Assembly: GCA_963700285.1 (NCBI GenBank)
Contig: CAVOXA010000010.1
Span: forward strand, 960,001-1,024,000
DNA length: 64,000 bases
Direction of reading: 5' to 3'
From: an uncultured Chloroflexia bacterium
GTDB taxonomy: Bacteria > Chloroflexota > Anaerolineae > JAAYZQ01
Shown here: positions 42,405 to 50,731 of the stretch, one piece after another
Numbering within the stretch: position 1 is the first letter of the stretch
Layout: each line of letters starts with the position of its first letter
The notes under the pieces: generated by a model
Databases searched by the model: none
What the model saw: the letters and a program-made list of their open reading frames with translations, nothing else
Told to the model about the DNA's origin: nothing
Program-made: the position numbers and the translations under genes

Positions 42405-43301
42405 ATGACGAGACGGTATGCCTTCTATCCGGGCTGCACGCTGCATTCGACGGGCGTGGAGTTTGGGGTCAGCAGCGAGCTGGTCTGCCAGGCGCTGGAC
42501 CTGGAGATGGTCGAGATCCCCGACTGGAACTGCTGCGGGGCGTCGTCGGCCCACTCTATGGATCCCGCCCTCTTTCTGGCCCTGCCAGCCCGCAACCTGG
42601 CCCAGGCGCAGAAAGTGGGCCTGGACGATATGGCCATCCCCTGCGCCGCCTGCTACTCGCGGCTGGCAGCCGCCGACCTGGCCCTGCAGCAGGACGGCGC
42701 CTTCCGGGCCAGGATGGAGTCGGTGCTGGACTTTGAGTATGAAGGCCGGGTGCGGCCCCGCAGCCTGCTGGACATCCTGGCCAACGACCTGTCCAGGGAG
42801 GCGTTGACGGCCAGGGTCAAGGCGCCGCTGGAAGGCCTAAAGGTCGCAGCCTACTATGGCTGCCTGCTCATCCGGCCGCCCAAGTATACCGGTCGCTGGG
42901 ACGACCCGGAGCACCCGCAGACGATGGACCATATCATCGAGCTGATGGGTGCCGAGGCGATGCCCTGGAGCTACGGCGTGGACTGCTGCGGCGGCAGCCT
43001 GACCCTGAACCGCAGCGACGTAGTGGTCCATCTGGTGGACAGACTGGCCATCGCCGCCCACGAGGCGGGGGCCGATGCCCTGGTCACGGCCTGCCCTATG
43101 TGCATGGCCAACGTCGATGGGCGGCAGCTTTACCGCGGCGGACCGCCGCTGCCGCGACCACCCAAACCCGGTTATGAACCGCTGCCCATCTTTTACTTCA
43201 CCGAGTTGATGGCCTTGGCCTATGGTCTGTCTTTGAAAAAGGTATTGGGCAAGCACCTGGTCAACCCCCGGCCGCTCTTGGGCCGGTTGGGCCTGGTCTA
43301 G
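42405..43301 (+). CDS. hdrB: HdrB-like subunit (HdrB2)
   Basis: FYPGC, WNCCG, PCAAC, YYGC, DCCG, ACPMC. Confidence 0.92.
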   Translation: MTRRYAFYPGCTLHSTGVEFGVSSELVCQALDLEMVEIPDWNCCGASSAHSMDPALFLALPARNLAQAQKVGLDDMAIPCAACYSRLAAADLALQQDGAFRARMESVLDFEYEGRVRPRSLLDILANDLSREALTARVKAPLEGLKVAAYYGCLLIRPPKYTGRWDDPEHPQTMDHIIELMGAEAMPWSYGVDCCGGSLTLNRSDVVVHLVDRLAIAAHEAGADALVTACPMCMANVDGRQLYRGGPPLPRPPKPGYEPLPIFYFTELMALAYGLSLKKVLGKHLVNPRPLLGRLGLV

Positions 43302-43317
43302 CGCAGGAGCTTTCAAC

Positions 43318-46300
43318 GTGGAAAGAGCCGATTCACTGGACAAAGGCAAGCACAGCGTCCTGGTCGCCGGTGGGGGGATCGCCGGCATGGCAGCGGCGAT
43401 GCACCTGGCCGAGCTGGGCATCGAGGTCTACCTGCTGGACGCCGCGCCGGCCATTGGCGGCTCGATGCACCTGCTGGACCATACCTTTCCCACCAACTCT
43501 TGCGGCATCTGCCTCATGCTGCCCCGGCAGCCGGCTTTCTGCCCCACCTTCGAGTGCGAAGCCAGAGAGGATGTCCACCTCTTGCCCTACGCCGAGGTCT
43601 CGGCCGTAGATTGGGGTGCTGGTGGACCGGGAAACGGGGCGCCCCAGGTCACTGTCAACCACAAGGCCCGCTACGTGGACGTGGACCGGTGCAATGGCTG
43701 TGGCGACTGCGCCGCCGTCTGCCCCGAAGCCCGGCCCCACGACCACGAGGGCAGGCTTTCGCCGGTCAAGGCCATCTACCGGCCCCCGGGACTGCGGGCG
43801 GTGCCCGATGCCTGGGTCATCGACATGGAAACCTGCACCCGCTGTGGCGCCTGCGTGGATGCCTGCCCTACCGGCGCCATCGACCTGGAGATGGCGGACC
43901 GCAAGCAGGTCCTGGACGTGGACGCCGTGTTGCTGGCGCCCGGCTATGCGCCCTTTGAGGCCCGGGTCAAGGGTGAGTACGGCTACGGGGTCTATGACAA
44001 TGTGCTCTCCGCCCTGGAGTTTGAACGGATGGCCAGCCTGGCGGGCTCCAGCGTGGCCCACCTGGCCCGGCCGTCGGACGGCAAGGCACCGAAGCGGGTC
44101 GCCTTTGTGCACTGCGTCGGCTCGCGGGACAACCTCTGCGGAGCGGGCTACTGCTCCTCGGTCTGCTGCATGTACACGGCCAAGCAGGTGGCCCTGGCCA
44201 AGGAGTTGGACCCGGAGCTGGAAGCGACGGTCTTTACCATGGACCTGCGCGCCTTTGGCAAGGATTTCGAGGCCTACATAGAGGGGGTGCAGGCGTTGCC
44301 AGGGGTGAGGTACCTGCGGGCCATGCCCTCGTCGGTCTACCAGCGGCAGCGCACGCGGGACCTGGCCGTAACCTACGTGGGCGAAGAGGGCAAGCTGCGG
44401 GAGGAAGCCTTTGACCTGCTGGTGCTGGCGGTGGGCTTGGCGCCTCCGGCGGGGATGCAGGCCCTGGCCCGCGAGCTGGGGGTGGCGCTGAACGAGTACG
44501 GCTTTGCCCGGACGGGCGGCTACCAGCCGACGCACATGGACCACCCTGGCGTGTTCGTAGCCGGCGCTTTCCGCGAGCCAAAGGATATCCCCGAGACGGT
44601 GGCCGAGGCGGCGGGGGCGGCGGCTGAGGTGGCGGGGTACCTGGCTGGACAGACACAGCGGATGCAGGCATCCGGCGACAGGCGACGGACGCCAGACGAC
44701 AGAGGGCAGACAGCGGAAGGATATCGCGACGTTTCGGATGAGGAGCCCAGGGTGGGGGTCTTTGTCTGTGAGTGCAACGGCGAACTGGCGCCTGTTGGCG
44801 TACCAGAATTGGCAGCTTGGGCGAAGGAGCTGCCTGGGGTGGCCCTGGCGCGGGCCGTGCCGGAGGGTTGCTCGCCGGAGGGGCGGGCCGCCATGGGTGC
44901 GGCCATTGAGTCTGAGGGACTGAACCGGGTCGTGGTCGCCGGCTGTTCGCCGCGGCTGTTCGGCGGCGAATTCGAGGCGATGATGCGGGATGCCGGACTG
45001 GACCCCCGGCTGCTGGCGCGGGCCAACCTGCGGGAGCAGGTGGTCTACCCCCACCGCGGCAACGGGGCGGATCTGGCCCGGGAAGCCCAGGTCGGGAAAG
45101 CCCGATCCCTGGTCGGCATGGCCGTGGCCGGCCTGAGGACCATGGCCGGGGTGGAAGCCCTGGCGCTGGGCGGTAGCCAAACGCTGACTCGCCGGGCGGT
45201 GGTGGTTGGCGGTGGGGCGGCGGGGATGGCGGCCGCGCTGGCCCTGGCCCGGTTGGACATTCCCGTGGTCCTGGTGGAGCGGGAATCGAGCCTGGGCGGC
45301 CAGTGGCGTCACATCCACTATCAGGCCGACGGCAGTGATCCGCAGGCGGCCCTGGCTGACTTGGTCGCCCAGGTGGCGGCTGAGGAGCGGATCAGGGTTC
45401 ATCTAGGCGCCGAAGTGGTGGACTACCAGGGCAAAGCCGGCCAGTATCGGACGACCGTCGGCGTGAACGGTCGGCAAGAGGTGGTGGACCACGGCGTGCT
45501 GGTGGTGGCCACCGGCGGCGGACCAGCGGTGACGGAGGAATACCTCTACGGCCAGGACCCGCGGGTGCTGACGCAGCGCGAGCTGGAGCAGCAGATCGCC
45601 GACGGCACGCTGGCCACAGTGCAGCGGGTAGTCATGATCCAGTGTGTTGGTTCTCGGGAGCCGGAGCGGCCCTATTGCAGCCGGGTATGCTGTACCCTGG
45701 CGGTCAAGAACGCCCTGAAGCTCAAGGAATTGAAGCCCAGGCTGGAGGTCTATGTCCTCTACCGCGAGGTGCGGACCTACGGCTTTCGCGAAGCCTACTA
45801 TCAGGCGGCGCGGGATGCGGGGGTGGTGTTCCTGCGCTACGAGCTGCCGGACAAGCCCGCCGTCAGGGCGGAGGGGGACCGGCTGGCGGTGAGCCTCGTC
45901 GAGCCGGTGACCGGACAGTCGCTGGTATTGGAAGCCGGATTGCTGGTCCTTAGCGTGGGCATCGACGCTGAGGAAGAGGGGGCGCTGGCGGGAAAGTTGG
46001 GGCTGACGTTGGACGGCGACGGTTTTTTCCGGGAGGAGCAGGCCAAGATGAAGCCGCTGGATCTTCAGAGCGCGAAAGGGGGCGGCATCTATGTGGCGGG
46101 GCTGGCCCACAGTCCCCGCTTCCTGGAAGAGACGCTGGTCCAGGGACGGGGGGCGGCGATGCGGGCCGCGGCTTTTCTGGCGCCGGAGGTGGTGGAGGAC
46201 CGGCCAACGTCGGTGTGGGTCAACGAACGGCTGTGCAGCTTCTGCGGTCTGTGCGAGGAAGCTTGTCCCTACGGTGCGCGGGTGATGAACCAGGACACGC

Positions 46301-46434
46301 GGGTGGCGGACGTGGATTATGTCTTGTGCCAGGGCTGTGGGGTGTGCGCCATGGTCTGTCCCAACAAGGCCACCCTGCAAAAGACCTTTGAGCACAAACA
46401 ACTGATGGCTGCTGTTGACATGGCCATGTCGTAG
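43318..46434 (+). CDS. hdrA: Large tandem HdrA-like flavoprotein (two FAD modules)
   Basis: Two GGGxAG motifs, two CVGSR...CSxxCC motifs, internal GVFVCEC, inserted and C-terminal ferredoxins. Confidence 0.9.
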   Translation: MERADSLDKGKHSVLVAGGGIAGMAAAMHLAELGIEVYLLDAAPAIGGSMHLLDHTFPTNSCGICLMLPRQPAFCPTFECEAREDVHLLPYAEVSAVDWGAGGPGNGAPQVTVNHKARYVDVDRCNGCGDCAAVCPEARPHDHEGRLSPVKAIYRPPGLRAVPDAWVIDMETCTRCGACVDACPTGAIDLEMADRKQVLDVDAVLLAPGYAPFEARVKGEYGYGVYDNVLSALEFERMASLAGSSVAHLARPSDGKAPKRVAFVHCVGSRDNLCGAGYCSSVCCMYTAKQVALAKELDPELEATVFTMDLRAFGKDFEAYIEGVQALPGVRYLRAMPSSVYQRQRTRDLAVTYVGEEGKLREEAFDLLVLAVGLAPPAGMQALARELGVALNEYGFARTGGYQPTHMDHPGVFVAGAFREPKDIPETVAEAAGAAAEVAGYLAGQTQRMQASGDRRRTPDDRGQTAEGYRDVSDEEPRVGVFVCECNGELAPVGVPELAAWAKELPGVALARAVPEGCSPEGRAAMGAAIESEGLNRVVVAGCSPRLFGGEFEAMMRDAGLDPRLLARANLREQVVYPHRGNGADLAREAQVGKARSLVGMAVAGLRTMAGVEALALGGSQTLTRRAVVVGGGAAGMAAALALARLDIPVVLVERESSLGGQWRHIHYQADGSDPQAALADLVAQVAAEERIRVHLGAEVVDYQGKAGQYRTTVGVNGRQEVVDHGVLVVATGGGPAVTEEYLYGQDPRVLTQRELEQQIADGTLATVQRVVMIQCVGSREPERPYCSRVCCTLAVKNALKLKELKPRLEVYVLYREVRTYGFREAYYQAARDAGVVFLRYELPDKPAVRAEGDRLAVSLVEPVTGQSLVLEAGLLVLSVGIDAEEEGALAGKLGLTLDGDGFFREEQAKMKPLDLQSAKGGGIYVAGLAHSPRFLEETLVQGRGAAMRAAAFLAPEVVEDRPTSVWVNERLCSFCGLCEEACPYGARVMNQDTRVADVDYVLCQGCGVCAMVCPNKATLQKTFEHKQLMAAVDMAMS
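44677..44711 (+). repeat. Degenerate heptamer array (consensus GACAGAC) in the HdrA linker
   Basis: GACAGGC GACGGAC GCCAGAC GACAGAG GGCAGAC. Confidence 0.6.
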
Positions 46435-46449
46435 CAGAAAAGAGGATCT

Positions 46450-46878
46450 ATGGCTGAGGCCGAGTTTGAACCCAGAATCATCGCCTTTCTGTGCAACTGG
46501 TGCACCTATACCGGTGCCGACCTGGCGGGTACCTCTCGCATCCAGTACCCGCCCAACATCCGCATCATCCGCCTCATGTGCTCCGGCGGCCTGGACCCGG
46601 TCTATGTCTCCAAAGCCCTGTTGGAGGGCGCCGACGGCGTCCTCGTCGGCGGCTGCCATCCCGGCGACTGCCACTACCAGAGCGGCAACTACAAAGCCCG
46701 CCGCCGGATGGCCATTCTGCAGAATATCCTGGACCAGATGGGCTTTGATTCCGACCGTGTCTGGCTGCGCTGGATCAGCGCCAGCGAGGGCCAGTACTTT
46801 GCCGACACCGTGACTGACATGGTGGCGACCCTGAAAGCGAAGGGACCCAATCCACTCAAGGGTGTTGGGTCGATCTGA
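46450..46878 (+). CDS. mvhD: MvhD/FlpD (FlxD)-like [2Fe-2S] protein
   Basis: FLCNWCTY, MCSG, GCHPGDCHY, WISASEG. Confidence 0.93.
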   Translation: MAEAEFEPRIIAFLCNWCTYTGADLAGTSRIQYPPNIRIIRLMCSGGLDPVYVSKALLEGADGVLVGGCHPGDCHYQSGNYKARRRMAILQNILDQMGFDSDRVWLRWISASEGQYFADTVTDMVATLKAKGPNPLKGVGSI

Positions 46879-46931
46879 TCTGGAGATTGGCAGCGACGGG
46901 GTGGGTTTCATATTTGGCGCGAGGGTGAGGG

Positions 46932-48071
46932 ATGATTGAAGCAACCATAGAGGTACAAGACGGCACGCTGGCGACGATTCAGGGTCTGTTGAGAAAGCTG
47001 CTGGACAAGCATGTCGTAGACGCCTTGCTGGTACCCATGACGTTGCCTGGTGGAACCGTCGCGCCGATGTTGGTGAGCGACCCGGAGGCGCTGCAGAGGG
47101 CCGATCCCCTGGCGCCGGTGCTGCCCATCAACGCCGCGCGGGCGGTGGCCAACCTGACGGTGACCGGCCACCAAGAGAAGCTCGGGGTGGTCCTGCGCGC
47201 CTGTGAGATCCGGGCTCTGGTCGAACTGGTCAAGTTCCAGCAGGCCAAGGCCAATGCGAGATCCGGGGACCAGGTCCTGATCGTGGGCATCGATTGCCTG
47301 GGCACGTATGGCGTCACCGACTACCAGGCTGTGGAGGACAAGGGCCAGTTGGTGGCAGAGCTGCTGGCCGGTGCGGAGGGGGGCGAGCCCAAGCCCCGCG
47401 AGGCCATGGCCTTCCGGGCCGCCTGCCAGATGTGCGAGCAACCGCTGCCCGATGGCGACCACGTGGACTTGACCATCGGCTTGGTGGGGGTTGAGCCGGG
47501 CAAGGTCTATCTCAAGGCACGAGATACGCTGGCCGCACCGCTGGGCGTGGCGGCCAACGGTGCACCGGCCGGTAGGGTGGAGGCCGTAGAAAAGCTGGTT
47601 GCAGCCCGCGTGGAGGCCCGCGATGCTGCCTTTGCTGCGTTCAGGGACCGGGTGGACAGTATGGGGGGGCTGCTGCAAGAGTTTTCCACCTGCATCCGCT
47701 GTCACAACTGCATGATCAACTGTCCCATCTGCTACTGCAAGGAGTGCATCTTTCGAACGGCGACCTTTGAGCACGAGTCGCAGCTTTACTACCAGTGGGC
47801 GGCGCGCAAGGGCGAGGTACGGATGCTGCCTGACACGCTGCTGTTCCACCTGACGCGCCTGAACCACATGGTGACCAGTTGTGTGGGCTGCGGACTATGC
47901 ACCGAGGCCTGTCCTGTGGACATTCCCGTGGGTACGGTCTTTCGGGCCGTAGGGGAAAAGGTGCAGGCCATCTTTGACTACCATCCTGGCCGGAGCCTGG
48001 CGGAGGCAGCACCGGTACAAGAGTTCCGCGAGGATGAATTGACAACCCTAGGCGAAAGGCCCCGCCCGTGA
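46932..48071 (+). CDS. FdhB/FrhB (FlxC)-like Fe-S protein
   Basis: LRACE, GIDCLG, RAACQMC, CIRCHNC...CPICYCKEC, FHLTR, CVGCGLCTEACP. Confidence 0.82.
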   Translation: MIEATIEVQDGTLATIQGLLRKLLDKHVVDALLVPMTLPGGTVAPMLVSDPEALQRADPLAPVLPINAARAVANLTVTGHQEKLGVVLRACEIRALVELVKFQQAKANARSGDQVLIVGIDCLGTYGVTDYQAVEDKGQLVAELLAGAEGGEPKPREAMAFRAACQMCEQPLPDGDHVDLTIGLVGVEPGKVYLKARDTLAAPLGVAANGAPAGRVEAVEKLVAARVEARDAAFAAFRDRVDSMGGLLQEFSTCIRCHNCMINCPICYCKECIFRTATFEHESQLYYQWAARKGEVRMLPDTLLFHLTRLNHMVTSCVGCGLCTEACPVDIPVGTVFRAVGEKVQAIFDYHPGRSLAEAAPVQEFREDELTTLGERPRP

Positions 48072-48177
48072 AACGTATTTCGTGCTGCGCATTGCACCAT
48101 GTATCTGGTCCAGGCACAGCATGCGTTCTTGAACCCATAGTATGTTTCACGCATTACGATTGACCGTGGAGGTTCCT

Positions 48178-48861
48178 ATGATCGAAGCCAAGATGATCCC
48201 CATATATGTCATGGGCAAACGCTACTCCGTGCCCGATTCACTGACGATTATGGGTGCTCTGGAGTATGCTGGCTACAAGTTGATCCGTGGGGTGGGCTGC
48301 CGGGCAGCCTTCTGCGGAGCATGCGCGACCGTCTATCGGATTGATGGCGATCCAAAGTTGCACATCGGACTGGCCTGTGGTACCCAGGTCGAACCAGGCA
48401 TGTATCTGACGCAGATTCCATTCTATCCCGCTGAACGCACTCAGTACCATTTGGATGAACTGGAGCCGACTTTTGCCACAATGGTCCGCCTCTATCCCCA
48501 GGTGCTCAAATGCCTGGGCTGCGGTACCTGTACCAAAAGTTGTCCTCAGGACCTGCAGGTCAAGGACTATATGGCAGCCGCGATGCGAGGAGACATCGCC
48601 CGGGTGGCCGACCTGTCTTTTGACTGCATCATGTGTGGCATGTGTGTTTCCCGCTGCCCTGCTGAAGAGGCACAACCCAACATCGCCATTCTTGCCCGGC
48701 GGCTCTACGGTCGTTATTTGGCTCCGAAAGCCCAACACCTGGCCGAGCGTGTTGACGAGATCCAAGCCGGGGCGTACGACGATGACCTGGCCAACCTCAA
48801 GGTCATGCCCGAAGCCGAACTGCGCCAAAGGTACAACACCCGGGACATTGAGCCGGACTAG
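48178..48861 (+). CDS. Fumarate reductase/succinate dehydrogenase-type Fe-S subunit
   Basis: [2Fe-2S] GCRAAFCGAC...LAC; CLGCGTCTKSCP; CIMCGMCVSRCP; GGAGG RBS. Confidence 0.82.
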   Translation: MIEAKMIPIYVMGKRYSVPDSLTIMGALEYAGYKLIRGVGCRAAFCGACATVYRIDGDPKLHIGLACGTQVEPGMYLTQIPFYPAERTQYHLDELEPTFATMVRLYPQVLKCLGCGTCTKSCPQDLQVKDYMAAAMRGDIARVADLSFDCIMCGMCVSRCPAEEAQPNIAILARRLYGRYLAPKAQHLAERVDEIQAGAYDDDLANLKVMPEAELRQRYNTRDIEPD

Positions 48862-48910
48862 AGGATCTGTCCCAAGCGCACCAGGAGCGTATTGCTGAAG
48901 GAGAAATGGA

Positions 48911-50530
48911 ATGATTGATGGATACACACCCACCATGCGCGAATTGATCAAGCGAGTAGAGACTACCCGCCCTGCCCGGCTGCAAGAAACTTGGCCCATG
49001 ATGTCTCCAGCCGAGAAGCAGGAGATCCTCCGCCAGTTCCATCCCGACTACAAGCCCGAAGGGATGCGAGAACTGCGCGTAGGGCCTGCTAAAGGTATGC
49101 GTACCCCTCACGAATTGGCCGACCTGCTGGAGGCACACAGCTCGCTGAGAAACGTCGACTTGGATCTGAGCCAGATCGACTTTGAGACCGACGTTCTAGT
49201 CATCGGTGGTGGGGGCGCAGGCTCGGCAGCCGCGCTACTGGCCCGGCAGCAAGGCGCCAGTGTGTTGATGGTCACCAAGTTGCGCCACGGCGACGCCAAT
49301 ACAATGATGGCACAGGGTGGCATTCAGGCAGCCGACAAGCCTAACGACAACCCGGCCATCCACTACCTGGACATGATGGGTGGTGGTCACTTTAGCAATG
49401 ATCCAGATCTCGTGGAGGCGCTGGTGCGTGATGCGCCGGAGGCAATCGCCTGGTTGGAGAGTCTTGGCTGCATGTTCGATAAAGAGCCAGACGGGACACT
49501 CGTCACCATACATGGCGGTGGCACAAGCCGCAAGCGTATGCACTCTGCACGGGACTATTCTGGCGCCGAGATCATGCGTACCCTACGCGATGAGGTCCGT
49601 TCCTACCCGGAGGATATCACCGTCATCGAGTTTTCCCCGGCCGTCGAACTCTTGCTGGATGATAATGGACAAGCAACGGGAGCCGTGCTACAGAACTTGG
49701 AGACAGGAGAATACTGCATCGTCCGGGCCAAGACGACAGTACTGGCCACCGGTGGCAGCGGGCGGCTTCACTACCAGGGATTTGCCACCACCAATCACTA
49801 TGGGGCTACTGGCGATGGTGTGGTCTTGGCTTACCGCGCAGGCGCGGATCTGTCTTTTCTGGATACGATGCAATATCACCCCACCGGGGCTGCCTATCCG
49901 GCCCAGATCGTCGGCCTGTTGGTAACTGAAAAAGTGCGCGGTCTGGGAGCCCAGGTATGCAACATCCACGGCAGCCAGTTCGTCTATCCCCGTGAGACCC
50001 GCGATATAGAGGCCAGCGCCATCATCCGTGAATGTACTGGGCGGGGCAACGGCGTCGTCACTCCCACCGGATTTGTCGGAATCTGGCTAGATTCGCCCAT
50101 GATCGACGTCATCCACGGCCCCGGTACCATCGAGAAGGAACTCCCGGCCATGGTCCGCCAGTTCGCCCGCTTTGGGCTCGACATCGTCAAAGACCCGATG
50201 CTGGTCTATCCAACCCTACACTACCAAAACGGTGGCGCTACCCTCAAACCCGACGGATCGACCAGCGTGCCCAACCTTTATGGGGCGGGTGAAATCAGCG
50301 GTGGGGTACACGGCCGCAACCGGCTTATGGGCAACTCGCTTCTAGAAGTCACAGTCTATGGGCGGCGAGCTGGCCTGGCGGCGGGACAGAAGGCTCAGAA
50401 GATCACGCCAGGCAAGCTGTCCCTAGGTCACATAGTTGCCTGGGAGAAACAACTCCATAAAGCAGGAATCGAGACAGGCATCGAATCGCCCGCTATCCTT
50501 CCGGACTACACCCGGCGGGCATCTGCATAG
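48911..50530 (+). CDS. Fumarate reductase/succinate dehydrogenase-family flavoprotein (TfrA-like)
   Basis: GGGGAG, AQGG, QYHPT, TEKVRG, TRD, HYQNGG, HGRNRLMGNSL. Confidence 0.88.
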   Translation: MIDGYTPTMRELIKRVETTRPARLQETWPMMSPAEKQEILRQFHPDYKPEGMRELRVGPAKGMRTPHELADLLEAHSSLRNVDLDLSQIDFETDVLVIGGGGAGSAAALLARQQGASVLMVTKLRHGDANTMMAQGGIQAADKPNDNPAIHYLDMMGGGHFSNDPDLVEALVRDAPEAIAWLESLGCMFDKEPDGTLVTIHGGGTSRKRMHSARDYSGAEIMRTLRDEVRSYPEDITVIEFSPAVELLLDDNGQATGAVLQNLETGEYCIVRAKTTVLATGGSGRLHYQGFATTNHYGATGDGVVLAYRAGADLSFLDTMQYHPTGAAYPAQIVGLLVTEKVRGLGAQVCNIHGSQFVYPRETRDIEASAIIRECTGRGNGVVTPTGFVGIWLDSPMIDVIHGPGTIEKELPAMVRQFARFGLDIVKDPMLVYPTLHYQNGGATLKPDGSTSVPNLYGAGEISGGVHGRNRLMGNSLLEVTVYGRRAGLAAGQKAQKITPGKLSLGHIVAWEKQLHKAGIETGIESPAILPDYTRRASA

Positions 50531-50546
50531 GCGACGTCCCAACTTG

Positions 50547-50584
50547 AAAACTCCTACCGGGTGTTGTATCCGGCAGGAGTTTTT
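50547..50584. terminator. Bidirectional intrinsic terminator
   Basis: AAAACTCCTACCGG...CCGGCAGGAGTTTTT between convergent units. Confidence 0.85.
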
Positions 50585-50592
50585 CTATGTAG

Positions 50593-50663
50593 CTGGGGGA
50601 CAGGGATTTGAACCCCGACTAGACGATCCAGAGTCGCCTGTCCTACCATTAGACGATCCCCCA
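50593..50663 (-). tRNA. tRNA-Gln (anticodon CTG)
   Basis: TGGGGGA acceptor stem, CT-CTG-GA loop, GGTTCAAATCC T-arm; CCA not encoded. Confidence 0.95.
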
Positions 50664-50701
50664 CTAGTGCGCCAAGAACAGCCGCCGTCCCAGGCAACAC
50701 A

Positions 50702-50730
50702 ATTCTAGCATGAAATTATCGTCCTGACAA
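50702..50730 (-). promoter_or_regulatory. Sigma70 promoter of tRNA-Gln
   Basis: TTGTCA-N17-TAGAAT with TG extension. Confidence 0.75.
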
Positions 50731-50731
50731 A

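Noticed and set aside
43333-46944. Long antisense ORFs (689 and 513 aa) opposite hdrA3/mvhD
   Set aside because: Shadow frames expected from high GC3; no recognisable motifs
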